From an uncultured Ignavibacteria bacterium (lineage in GTDB: Bacteria; Zixibacteria; MSB-5A5; RBG-16-43-9): DNA of 64,000 bases. Each line of letters opens with the position of its first letter. Within the stretch, counting starts at the first letter, position 1. The notes beneath the pieces were generated by a model, which ran no database searches, was not told the origin of the DNA, and saw only the letters and a list, made by a program, of their open reading frames with translations. Positions 40,118 to 49,347 of the stretch are shown one piece after another. The stretch is taken from NCBI GenBank assembly GCA_964570765.1, contig CAZMZF010000010.1, positions 19,345 through 83,344 of the forward strand, read 5' to 3'. The translations under genes and the position numbers were made by a program.

Positions 40118-41428
40118 ATGTCACTTCCTATTGTAGCCATAATCGGTCGTCCCAATGTTGGGAAATCCACTCTTTTTAACCGTTTTCTTAAAAAAAGACT
40201 TGCAGTGGTGCATAATAGACCGGGGGTAACCAGAGATAGAAATTATGCTTCCTGCACCTGGAATGGTAAAAGCTTCTATTTAGTCGATACTGGAGGTTTT
40301 TTGCCCTCAACCAAAGATGAGCTGGAAAGACAGGTTAAAGCTCAGGCAGAAAGTGCCATAGATGAAGCTGATATAATCTTATTTTTAATCGATAGCAAAG
40401 TAGGAGCTCAGGAAATAGACTTAGAGATCGCTAAAAGATTGAAGAAAACAAACAAAAAGGTCTTACTGGTGGCTAATAAAGTTGATAATGAAAAGGAAGA
40501 ATTAGAGGTCTATTCTCATACCAGATTAGGATTAGGAGAGCCTTATGCTATATCTGCGACTAATGGCAGAAACGCAACTGAGCTTTTAGATGATATCTCC
40601 AGACTAATTCCTGAGAGTATACCGGTGGAGGAAGAAAAAGGGATTAAAGTAGCAGTTATTGGCAGACCCAACGTAGGAAAATCCACCTTTGTAAATACCC
40701 TTTTGGGTGAAGAGAAATTAATCGTTAGCCAGATACCAGGCACTACCAGAGATTCAATCGATACCAGAATTAAGATAAATCAAGACGATTTTATTCTTAT
40801 TGATACGGCTGGCTTAAGAAAAAAGTCGAATATCAAAGACGATTTAGAATTCCATACTTCACTTAGAAGTTTAAGGTCTATCCAGAGATCTGACGTTTGC
40901 TTACTTTTAACTGAAGCTCCGGTTGGCTTGGTAAATCAGGATTTGAAGATCGCCAGTGAAGTTATAGAGATGTGGAAAGGGCTGATAATGGGGATAAATA
41001 AATGGGACCAACTTCAGAAAGAAAGCAAAACGGTTGATTATTATACTAAATGGATTAAAACCTATGCACCTTTTTTAGATTTTGTGCCAATTATTTTTAT
41101 CTCGGCTAAAACCGGTCAGAGAGTAGAGAAAACGATGGATCTCATAAAAGAGATCTATTTAGAGAGAAAAATAAGGATTACGACAAACGAGCTGAATCAG
41201 AAATTAGAACCTGAGATTAAAAAACAACCTCCTCCTTCTGTGCAAGGTAAATATATAAAACTCTATTACTGCACTCAGACCGATATAGAGCCTCCGACCT
41301 TTGTCTTCTTTTGCAACTACCCGGAACTTTTAAAGAGGCCTTATTTAAAATATTTGCAGAGTAAAATCAGAGAGCATTTTGGTTTCAAAGGCTGTCCTAT
41401 CAGGATAAAAGTAAACAAAAGAGAATAA
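40118..41428 (+). CDS. der: Ribosome-associated GTPase Der (EngA)
   Basis: Two tandem GTPase domains (GRPNVGKSTLFN and GRPNVGKSTFVN; DTAG twice; NKxD) plus a C-terminal KH-like domain. Confidence 0.9.
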   Translation: MSLPIVAIIGRPNVGKSTLFNRFLKKRLAVVHNRPGVTRDRNYASCTWNGKSFYLVDTGGFLPSTKDELERQVKAQAESAIDEADIILFLIDSKVGAQEIDLEIAKRLKKTNKKVLLVANKVDNEKEELEVYSHTRLGLGEPYAISATNGRNATELLDDISRLIPESIPVEEEKGIKVAVIGRPNVGKSTFVNTLLGEEKLIVSQIPGTTRDSIDTRIKINQDDFILIDTAGLRKKSNIKDDLEFHTSLRSLRSIQRSDVCLLLTEAPVGLVNQDLKIASEVIEMWKGLIMGINKWDQLQKESKTVDYYTKWIKTYAPFLDFVPIIFISAKTGQRVEKTMDLIKEIYLERKIRITTNELNQKLEPEIKKQPPPSVQGKYIKLYYCTQTDIEPPTFVFFCNYPELLKRPYLKYLQSKIREHFGFKGCPIRIKVNKRE

Positions 41429-41524
41429 AAAATGGAGTGTAAACAAAAAAACGCGTAGCCGAGCCTTCAGGGCTCGGCAGCAGAGGTCTAAAACCTCTGC
41501 TACGCGAAATTTCCACAAGACATT

Positions 41525-41818
41525 TTGATAATGTCACAATTCTTATCAGAAAAGATTGAAGTTGTGTTTGATAAAAAAAGGGGAGTGCCGCTTTCTTTTA
41601 TCTGGAATAGAAAGGAATACAATATAACTGAGTTAATAGCAGTCTGGCAGGACTGGGGATTCCCAAAAGGCTCACCTAAAGCCAAAAACTGGAGATTAAG
41701 ACATCACCGGAATTACTATAGAGTCCAGACTGAAGAGGATGAGGTATTTGAAATATATCTTGACAGGAAAACTAAAAATGAAGAAGGGGAATGGTATTTG
41801 TATCAGAAACTGAGTTAA
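41525..41818 (+). CDS. Hypothetical protein
   Basis: ORF only. No recognisable motif. Confidence 0.3.
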   Translation: MIMSQFLSEKIEVVFDKKRGVPLSFIWNRKEYNITELIAVWQDWGFPKGSPKAKNWRLRHHRNYYRVQTEEDEVFEIYLDRKTKNEEGEWYLYQKLS

Positions 41819-41878
41819 AATTATCGTAGGGGCACAATATATTGTGCCCCTACCAATTCTTAATGAGAAAGATAACCT

Positions 41879-42514
41879 ATGCTCACAATTTTATTAATTA
41901 CCATAATCTCATACCTTTTAGGTTCGATACCCTTCGGTATAATCATTTGCAAACTCTGGAAGGGGATCGACATCCGAGAATATGGCTCGAAAAATCCTGG
42001 AGCTACTAATGTCTATCGAGTCATTGGACCAATTCCTGCTTTAATAGTTTTGCTCTTGGACATAAGTAAAGGACTAATTGCCACTCTTTTGATAAGCAGA
42101 ATTATCATCGACCAACCAGTTCTTAATCAAACCAGTTTAATGATAATTGCCGGGATGGTTGTGATCCTCGGTCATATTTTCCCTGTTTTCGCATCTTTCA
42201 AAGGAGGTAAGGGAGTAGCCACGGGCTTAGGGGTATTAATTTCTCTTGCCCCTGTAGAGTTGATTTTATCTCTACTACTTTTTTTAATTATAGTTGTAAT
42301 CACCCGCTATGTCTCTCTGGGTTCTCTATCTTCAGCTTTATTTATCTTGCTTGCCTTAATCTTTGAAAAATATTATCTTCATAAGCCAGTTGCGGATGAG
42401 CTTTTGATTGCGGTCCTGGTGCTTAATATATTTATTTTCTATACTCACCGCTCGAATATAAAAAGATTACTTAATGGAACTGAGAATAAATTCGGTAAAA
42501 AACAAAAGCTGTGA
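41879..42514 (+). CDS. plsY: Glycerol-3-phosphate acyltransferase PlsY
   Basis: GSIPFG...GSKNPGATNVYRV signature and 5 TM helices. The gene lies upstream of gpsA, a conserved synteny. Confidence 0.85.
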   Translation: MLTILLITIISYLLGSIPFGIIICKLWKGIDIREYGSKNPGATNVYRVIGPIPALIVLLLDISKGLIATLLISRIIIDQPVLNQTSLMIIAGMVVILGHIFPVFASFKGGKGVATGLGVLISLAPVELILSLLLFLIIVVITRYVSLGSLSSALFILLALIFEKYYLHKPVADELLIAVLVLNIFIFYTHRSNIKRLLNGTENKFGKKQKL

Positions 42515-42548
42515 TAATTTTGCATAGGAGTGGAGTTTAACTTTAACT

Positions 42549-42623
42549 GTCATTCTGAGCGTAAGCGAAGAATCTCTGAGATTCTTCGGTCATCCCGCAG
42601 AATGCGGGACTCCCTCAGAATGA
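42549..42623. repeat. Repeat family A, copy 3 (immediately 5' of gpsA)
   Basis: GTCATTCTGAGCGTAAGCGAAGAATC...GATTCTTCGG...CCCGCAGAATGCGGGACTCCCTCAGAATGAC. Confidence 0.6.
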
Positions 42624-42673
42624 CAATTATGGTCAATTCCACCCCTACGCGGAAAGAGCTCATAAAAAAACAG

Positions 42674-43681
42674 ATGACTAAAATCGCAGTCTTGGGAGCT
42701 GGGAGCTGGGGCATAGGGGTCTCGGTTCTTCTGCATTCAAACCAGCATAAAATCTCCTTATGGGAGTTTAATTCTCAGGATATGCTCAATTTGAGAAAAG
42801 AAAGGGAACATAGAAGCAAACTCCCCGGTATTCTAATCCCTCCAGAAATCGAAATTACTGACCAGTTAAACGAAGCGGTAAAAGGTGCTGAAATGTTAGT
42901 TTTGGCTTTACCCTCACATACAGTCAGGGAAGTCAGTAAAAAATTAGCCCGGATTTCTCTAAACGAGCCTTTGATGGTAAACTTATCCAAAGGGATTGAG
43001 AATGATACCTTATGCCGGATGTCAGAAGTTTTAATCCAGGAATTACCTGAGAAACTGCATAATAAGATTGTGACTTTATCCGGCCCCTGTCACGCAGAAG
43101 AGGTCTCCAGAAAAATGCCTACTTCCGTAGTAATAGCAGGATTGAAAGAAGATTCAACCAGAGAAGTTCAGAAAAATTTTATGAATAGATATTTCCGGGT
43201 ATATACCAGCGAGGATTTGATCGGAGTAGAATTAAGTGGCTCCTTGAAAAATGTCATCGCTATTGCCGCCGGGATTTGCGATGGACTTAATTTAGGTGAT
43301 AATGCCAAAGGTGCTCTTTTAACTCGTGGCTTAGCTGAGATGGTCAGGTTAGGGGAGAAGCTTGGAGCTAAAGCATCTACTTTTTCTGGACTTTCAGGAA
43401 TGGGTGATTTGATTACTACCTGCATCAGCCAACATTCGAGAAACAGATATGTGGGAGAACAGATTGGAAAAGGGAACACCCTTAAACAAACACTTGAAGG
43501 GATGGTTATGGTAGCAGAAGGGGTTAAGACCACAAAATCTGCTTTTCAGCTTTCTCAAAAACATAAAGTGGAGATGCCGATTACCCGGCAGGTTTACAGG
43601 ATATTATTTGAAAATATTAACCCGAAAGAAGCTTTAATCGAGCTTATGACCCGTGAGCCAAAATCTGAAATTTGGAGTTGA
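42674..43681 (+). CDS. gpsA: NAD(P)H-dependent glycerol-3-phosphate dehydrogenase. The start was moved to the ATG at 42674 because the upstream part of the ORF is the translation of a repeat element.
   Basis: KIAVLGAGSWG Rossmann motif. GpsA C-terminal domain (GLNLGDNAKGALLTRGLAEM). Confidence 0.85.
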   Translation: MTKIAVLGAGSWGIGVSVLLHSNQHKISLWEFNSQDMLNLRKEREHRSKLPGILIPPEIEITDQLNEAVKGAEMLVLALPSHTVREVSKKLARISLNEPLMVNLSKGIENDTLCRMSEVLIQELPEKLHNKIVTLSGPCHAEEVSRKMPTSVVIAGLKEDSTREVQKNFMNRYFRVYTSEDLIGVELSGSLKNVIAIAAGICDGLNLGDNAKGALLTRGLAEMVRLGEKLGAKASTFSGLSGMGDLITTCISQHSRNRYVGEQIGKGNTLKQTLEGMVMVAEGVKTTKSAFQLSQKHKVEMPITRQVYRILFENINPKEALIELMTREPKSEIWS

Positions 43682-43890
43682 CAACTTAAAATAAATGTAT
43701 ATCTTAAGTTTAAACTATAAAGAGGTTTCTGGAAAAGTGGAAACGACTGGTCGGGCAAGGGTGCCCGACCTACGAATAATCAACCTTTTAGACCTACGTA
43801 GGCATCCCGCCAAGGCGGGACAGCCCTGCAAAATATGTTTTTCAGAGTTCTCATAAAGTATTTCTTTAAGGTCAGTAAAAGGCAATAAAT

Positions 43891-44250
43891 ATGAAACACA
43901 AATCAGTAGATGAGCTAAGTGGAAAGCTCTATTATTCCATAAGCGAGGTAAGCGAGATAACCGGGATAAAGTCTTACGTCCTTAGATTCTGGGAAAAAGA
44001 ATTTTCTGATTTGAAACCAAAAAAGAACCGGGCTGGTAACCGAACCTATCAGTTGAAAGACATAGAGCTGGTGAACCGGATAAAAAACCTTCTATACGAA
44101 GAAGGGTTTACCATCGAAGGTGCCAGGTCGCAATTAAAAGAGTTCCGCCATGCAGAGCCAGAAAATAAGGAAATTGACCAGGAAAAGCTGAAAACTGTTT
44201 TGAGGGATATTAAAAAGGAGCTTAGCGAGATCTTAAAGATATTAAGTTGA
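43891..44250 (+). CDS. MerR-family transcriptional regulator
   Basis: N-terminal HTH (YSISEVSEITGIKSYVLRFWEKEF) followed by a coiled coil. Confidence 0.75.
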   Translation: MKHKSVDELSGKLYYSISEVSEITGIKSYVLRFWEKEFSDLKPKKNRAGNRTYQLKDIELVNRIKNLLYEEGFTIEGARSQLKEFRHAEPENKEIDQEKLKTVLRDIKKELSEILKILS

Positions 44251-44256
44251 TTCAAT

Positions 44257-44331
44257 CGGGGCGTAGCGCAGCCTGGGTAGCGCACTTGCTTGGGGTGCAA
44301 GTGGTCGTCCGTTCAAATCGGATCGCCCCGA
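44257..44331 (+). tRNA. tRNA-Pro (anticodon GGG)
   Basis: CGGGGCG acceptor stem, anticodon loop TTGGGGT, T-arm GTCGTCCGTTCAAATCGGATC, and 3' CGCCCCG+A. Confidence 0.8.
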
Positions 44332-44669
44332 TAAAATATACAAGTTTTGCGACTTTTTTGTGAAAGATAAAAGCTTTCTAAGGGCGTTTTATCATCCCAA
44401 AATAGAACAAAAAGCGAAGTGTTTCGTTTGTGAATTAATTAGGTGTAACTCACGCACTGAAGAATTGACAAATGGCGAAAGAGAAAACGAGAAAGATGAA
44501 GTATGACTCAAGAGACATCTCAAGCGTCGAGGAATACCAACAGTTATTCTCTTTGCTCTTCGACGAAGAGAAACAATTTGCACTCAAACATGCTCTTGAC
44601 ACACGCAAGCTATAAATCGATCTATACTGGAAAAGGGCAACCTACTTCTGGACTTTCATTGCCTTCACC

Positions 44670-45170
44670 TTGGGCGGCTTCTTCGCTCTTGCTTCTGCCG
44701 ACAGCAGCAAACTGCCAGACAAACCCGAGCTCCTTTTCATCATAAGTTGCATTGGCTTTACTTTCTCGTTCGGCTGGTATCTTGCAAACAGGGGAAGCAA
44801 GTTCTGGCAAGAGAACTGGGAAAAGCAAGTCGATATGCTGGAGAATAAGGTCTTCGGACCTCTTCAGAAGACTGTCATACATGAGAAGAGTTGGAAATTC
44901 ATCAATCTATTAGATCCATACAAATTCTCTGTCACTAAGATCAACCTAATTCTCAATCTTTTCGTGACGTTCATTTGGTTTTTCCTCTGTTCACGATCGT
45001 TTTCATACATCAATGGTTGTACAGAACCCTGGAAGAACTTCAATCTTTACGTTATCGCTGCTTCGATTATAATTGCGATTGTTTTTATGCTTCGCACTGC
45101 CTGCTCAAGCCGGACTCGATTTCTTTTTAAGACCCATACAATAGTTAATGATGAAAAAGAGGAGAGCTAA
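44670..45170 (+). CDS. Hypothetical membrane protein (first gene in the tRNA-Pro-adjacent block), TTG start. The frame is open from 44616 and is preceded in the same frame by a 47-aa ORF (44472..44615).
   Basis: Two to three predicted TM helices. No family assigned. Confidence 0.35.
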   Translation: MGGFFALASADSSKLPDKPELLFIISCIGFTFSFGWYLANRGSKFWQENWEKQVDMLENKVFGPLQKTVIHEKSWKFINLLDPYKFSVTKINLILNLFVTFIWFFLCSRSFSYINGCTEPWKNFNLYVIAASIIIAIVFMLRTACSSRTRFLFKTHTIVNDEKEES

Positions 45171-45312
45171 CAGAAATAATCGTGTATACACTGCGTCTAA
45201 CAGTACTTAAATTTAGAATAAATAAAAAATTTCATCTATCCTCCTAATTTGGGAGTATAAATGAACCAGTTTATCAATGAACAAGTTATGTGAAATTTTA
45301 TTCTCTTGACTT

Positions 45313-46590
45313 ATGAATCTAAAGACTAAAACATCACTCATTCAGCGTCTTATCAAACTAGCAGAGAATGCCAACGAGCCTTTCAAGGAGATTCAAGGAC
45401 GGACAAAACACATAATGTCCGAGGGAATCGCATTTAGCCTATCGAATGAGTTTGTCGACTTATTCGAAGATGTCGCTAGGATCCTTCTCCAAGACGAAAG
45501 TTGGAGTGAAAAGTTTTCTGAGAAGTATGTTGACAACCTCCTACAAAAGGTCTTGGCGAAAACACTTCGGGATGGTAAATCAGATAATATTGAAGCGTAC
45601 ATAGATGAGATTATCGATGATTTTAATAGTTACTCTCAAGAACACATCGTCTATGTGCCGTTAGCTGGCATACAGATGTCTATGGACGAACTACTAATCG
45701 GTAAGGTGGCCTTAAGGAAAATGACCGATTCAAACGTAGCATCCTTGATGAGCGATATCGAAAAGATCACTCACTCTGTCAGACAAACTCCGGAGGAGAA
45801 GACCAAGATTCTTGAAATTCAACAAAGAAAGATTGGCGATTACATCAAAGGACAAATCTGCTCCGTTTTCAAAGTAGTCGCTGAGCCGGAACAAGCAAGG
45901 GAACGTGCAGAAGAAGAAACTCGTCGTGTCATAGATCTATTCCGATACTCCATTCCTGCACTCTATCCCAAAGGATACAATGTCGCCATTGGCTTGCAGG
46001 GCGAAGTATTTCCAGGCAGTCGCTGGATTCCAATTATGTGCACAGATGGTAAATCATACAATACTCACACTCAATTTGTTGGGCCTTTAATTTCTTTTGA
46101 AATCAATGAACCTAACCTTGAGCATATGAACAAAATAGGAGTCTTCAAGATTTCTAAGGTGCTCTCTAAGCTCAATAGAGAGCTTGGTGATTTCGAGAGA
46201 GTTGTTCTACGTGCACTGCATTGGTTTGCCAATTATCAGACCCAAGAGGAAAATGAAAACAAGCTACTCAATCTTATAACCTGCTTGGAGACTTTTTTGA
46301 CTCCTAGGGATGGCAATCCAATTGGCACATTCATTGCAGAAGCCGTCGCAATCTTAATTGCAGATGAGATAGAGAACAGGAAGAGACTTAAGAAGAGAGT
46401 TCAAGAACTTTATCGCCTTCGCAGTGAAGTTTCCCATGGTGGTCGAAAGGCTATACTTGACACCGATCTTGTCGAATTGGAGAACATAACGGGTACTCTC
46501 ACAATGAATATGATTAACCGCTTGGATGAATGCGAATCCCATAAGGCGTTGTTCGATTGGATTGAATCAAAAAGACTTGGTGGAGAATAA
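45313..46590 (+). CDS. HEPN-motif protein with a candidate defence or toxin function
   Basis: C-terminal alpha-helical region with the R-x4-H motif (LYRLRSEVSHGG), as in HEPN RNase domains of Abi/ApeA-like proteins. The N-terminal ~330 aa have no known domain. Confidence 0.45.
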   Translation: MNLKTKTSLIQRLIKLAENANEPFKEIQGRTKHIMSEGIAFSLSNEFVDLFEDVARILLQDESWSEKFSEKYVDNLLQKVLAKTLRDGKSDNIEAYIDEIIDDFNSYSQEHIVYVPLAGIQMSMDELLIGKVALRKMTDSNVASLMSDIEKITHSVRQTPEEKTKILEIQQRKIGDYIKGQICSVFKVVAEPEQARERAEEETRRVIDLFRYSIPALYPKGYNVAIGLQGEVFPGSRWIPIMCTDGKSYNTHTQFVGPLISFEINEPNLEHMNKIGVFKISKVLSKLNRELGDFERVVLRALHWFANYQTQEENENKLLNLITCLETFLTPRDGNPIGTFIAEAVAILIADEIENRKRLKKRVQELYRLRSEVSHGGRKAILDTDLVELENITGTLTMNMINRLDECESHKALFDWIESKRLGGE

Positions 46591-46654
46591 CGGAGCAAAA
46601 CTTCATTTAACAGCACAAACTACAGTGCATTGCTGCACCATCTGATGAGGTATT

Positions 46655-47149
46655 ATGTCCGATGAAATAGTGACTTTGACAATAGACGGTCCGGTTATAA
46701 AGGAGCCGTATCCCCTTCACGAAGTCATTGCAATACTTGACGACTTCCACTCTATTGTCGATCAATCCTATATCGTTTTGTCAGGCAAGTCGAGACTGAC
46801 TAAGTCCGAGCGACTCAATTACCGTATACTCGCTTCTCGACCCAGAACCGGCTCATACATTCAAGATCTTCAAATCCTGTATGATATTGCCATACCGTTG
46901 CTTCCCTTGGTACCGCAACTTGCGTCATCCGACATTTGGAAGTCCGCCAAAGCCGCATACGATTTCTTGAAAGCCGTCATCAATCTACGCCGCAAGGGAA
47001 AGGAGCCCACAGTGTCCGCACCAAACAATGAAGGAATAGTCGTCGTTTCCGCGCCGGGTTCACAACCGATCACTATCCATCAGAATATTTTCAAGATTGC
47101 CGACCGGTCTGAAGAGTACTACAAGCGCATCACAGAGCATATCGAATGA
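46655..47149 (+). CDS. Hypothetical protein. It may be the N-terminal part of a longer reading frame interrupted by TGA at 47147-47149.
   Basis: ORF only. No motif recognised. Confidence 0.4.
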   Translation: MSDEIVTLTIDGPVIKEPYPLHEVIAILDDFHSIVDQSYIVLSGKSRLTKSERLNYRILASRPRTGSYIQDLQILYDIAIPLLPLVPQLASSDIWKSAKAAYDFLKAVINLRRKGKEPTVSAPNNEGIVVVSAPGSQPITIHQNIFKIADRSEEYYKRITEHIE

Positions 47150-47221
47150 GGGCGAATCGATAAGATAAGTGCCATAGACCCTAAGAAAGAAGGCATCTCA
47201 CTTTCTGAAGAGGAGAAGGAG

Positions 47222-47509
47222 TTGTTCAATCCAGAAACGAAGTTGGAAGACACTCCCATCGATATTCTTGGCAATATTTTCGACTTCAATAAAGAGAAAC
47301 TCTCAGGCAAGATTCGTGTATTACAAGGTCAACCGATTCCGGCACGAGACTACAATTTCGACTTGGTCAAGGGCCAAGGTCCGATCGGCTATATTCTGGC
47401 GATGACGAAGCAACTTGTTTCTATGCGGTGTTTACCAGAGGTCGCGATTCACACGACCGGGGCAAGAGTGATCGCTCGTTTGCAGTCTATCTCAATTAAG
47501 GAGTTGTAG
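47222..47509 (+). CDS. Hypothetical protein. It is in the same frame as 46655..47149 and open back to 47150, so it may be the C-terminal part of one interrupted gene.
   Basis: ORF only. Confidence 0.3.
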   Translation: MFNPETKLEDTPIDILGNIFDFNKEKLSGKIRVLQGQPIPARDYNFDLVKGQGPIGYILAMTKQLVSMRCLPEVAIHTTGARVIARLQSISIKEL

Positions 47510-47666
47510 GTGCGGCAACTTCACATAACAGCAGGCACTACGACGCTCCATTTATGATAGAAAGAAATTATAGTTGTCGCTCAATGCTTTTGCGCACAAG
47601 AAATTTCTCGTTTGATAGTTCGCAAAAGCAATTACCGTTTTAATAAACTAATTAAGTTAGAAATTT

Positions 47667-48362
47667 ATGGATAATCAAAATCAACCCGAGATCAAAAATA
47701 AACCAAGTGCTTTCCGCTGGCTAATATTCCTACCAGTAGCTGTTTTGATTGCTATTGTTGTCAATTTGCTTTTAGGTTTATTACTTAATAAGATTGGGTT
47801 TCAGAATCAAACATTTCTGGATGGCGTAAGTGCATTTGTTTTTAGTTTTTTATTTGTATTTTCTGCCGGGATGCTCGCACCAGCCAAACATACTAAAGTC
47901 GATACAATTCTTTTCGTGATAATTATGTTATTGGCAATTCTAAGCTTTATTCTTGCAATTCTTGGAGTGGAGGTCTTTGCTGAAAGAACAATGCCAGGCA
48001 GACTTTCCATTCCCGTCTTACAGATTCTTGGAGCTTTATATGCCATGTTTTTGGTTCCATCTTTTGCTATTCGTGGCACTACGTTTGAACGACTTTGGAA
48101 GGAAATTGTCGCTCTTGGCACTACTGTTATAATATTCGGGGGGATACTTTCAATAATAGGATTAATCATAGGAATTACCGTTCGAATTTGGACAACAATC
48201 TTCATCGGTTTCACTGTCTTAGGTATGGGAATAGTAACCGAACTTTTTCCATACATTCATTTATTTTTGAGGGCTCAAAAAGCCAAAAAGATGGCTCCAC
48301 ATTTAATTCAAGAAATGAAAAAACAATCAAAAACGGAAGAACGGAAAAAAGAAGATAAATAG
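47667..48362 (+). CDS. Hypothetical polytopic membrane protein
   Basis: Six predicted TM helices and a K/E-rich C-terminal tail. Confidence 0.5.
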   Translation: MDNQNQPEIKNKPSAFRWLIFLPVAVLIAIVVNLLLGLLLNKIGFQNQTFLDGVSAFVFSFLFVFSAGMLAPAKHTKVDTILFVIIMLLAILSFILAILGVEVFAERTMPGRLSIPVLQILGALYAMFLVPSFAIRGTTFERLWKEIVALGTTVIIFGGILSIIGLIIGITVRIWTTIFIGFTVLGMGIVTELFPYIHLFLRAQKAKKMAPHLIQEMKKQSKTEERKKEDK

Positions 48363-48559
48363 AAGATAAATAAAGGTGGCACGTCGACTTTGTTGGCACG
48401 AAATCAGGCAAAATTAAAATTTAATAAGGTGTCTTGGCTTCGAGGCATTCACCCCTTTAATTCCCCTCTGCCCTTCGCCAAGACAAAAATCAGATTTGTT
48501 CTTGTAATAGAAAAGCGTCTGTGTTGACTCTGAGCAGAAAACCTGCTCTTATTTACTAA

Positions 48560-49222
48560 ATGAAAAAAATCTTAGTTCTTATCCCGGCTTTTAACGCAGA
48601 GAAAACCATTTCCTCTTTAATTGAGCAAATCTCTGCTTTCCTTAAAAAAAAAGACGTTTTAGTCGTAGATGATGGCTCTTATGATTCGACTTATGAGATT
48701 GCCAAAAGTTGTGGAGTCAATGTTCTTCAGCATAAAAAAAACAAAGGCAAGGGGGAGGCTTTGAAAACTGGGTTTGGGTATGCCTTGCGGGAAAATTATT
48801 CTGGGGTGATTACTTTAGATGCTGATTTACAACATGACCCTAATTTTATTCCAGAATTCATCAAAAAAACAGAATCGGATATACTGGTCGGGACAAGGGA
48901 TATCAGGTTAAAAATTATGCCTTTCCCCAGGTGGTTGACTAATAACCTGACCTCAATAATCGTTTCTATTTTAGGAGATACAAAAGTCAGGGATAGCCAA
49001 TCCGGTTACAGGTATATCTCAGCAGAGGTTTTAAAATCTATAAAATTGAAGACCAGAAAATATGAGCTTGAATCCGAGCTTTTGATTAAAGCTGGAAGAA
49101 GAAAATTCAAAATTGCCCCGGTGCCGATAAGCACAATCTATCAAGGAAGCAAAAGTTTCATAAATCCCTTTGTGGATACAGGAAGATTCATTAAATTAAT
49201 GTGGAAGAGCCTTTTCTGGTGA
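48560..49222 (+). CDS. Family 2 glycosyltransferase (polyprenyl-phosphate sugar synthase-like)
   Basis: GT-A fold motifs (ILVLIPAFNAE, VVDDGSYD, DADLQHDP). Confidence 0.75.
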   Translation: MKKILVLIPAFNAEKTISSLIEQISAFLKKKDVLVVDDGSYDSTYEIAKSCGVNVLQHKKNKGKGEALKTGFGYALRENYSGVITLDADLQHDPNFIPEFIKKTESDILVGTRDIRLKIMPFPRWLTNNLTSIIVSILGDTKVRDSQSGYRYISAEVLKSIKLKTRKYELESELLIKAGRRKFKIAPVPISTIYQGSKSFINPFVDTGRFIKLMWKSLFW

Positions 49223-49347
49223 AAAGACAGTAGGTCGGGTTGCCCGCCTTTGGTGAGCTACCCGACACAAAGGATTTGTCGGGCAGTCTTCGACAGCCCG
49301 ACCTACTACTGGCCACTCACCACTGACCACTAATTTACGGAGGAAAT

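Noticed and set aside
42530-42673. The N-terminal 48 codons of the ORF-track gpsA prediction (MEFNFNCHSERKRR...).
   Set aside because: This is the translation of a family-A repeat element. The genuine start, MTKIAVLGAGSWG at 42674, matches the conserved GpsA N-terminus.
47147-47149. An alternative genetic code (UGA as Trp or Gly) as an explanation for the in-frame TGA.
   Set aside because: TGA is used as the terminator of several confidently identified genes here (the DHS-like gene, MFS transporter and PHP-like hydrolase), so the standard code 11 applies. A pseudogene or a local recoding event remain possible.
47807-48256. A 149-aa antisense ORF inside the 6-TM membrane protein gene, and other antisense or shadow ORFs (1357-1551, 2173-2376, 11305-11508, 16742-17056, 21193-21546, 43168-43533, 58876-59226, 61314-61601, 62454-62816, 50564-50794).
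   Set aside because: They are fully embedded in longer, well-supported genes on the opposite strand or in an alternate frame. They have low-complexity composition and no RBS.
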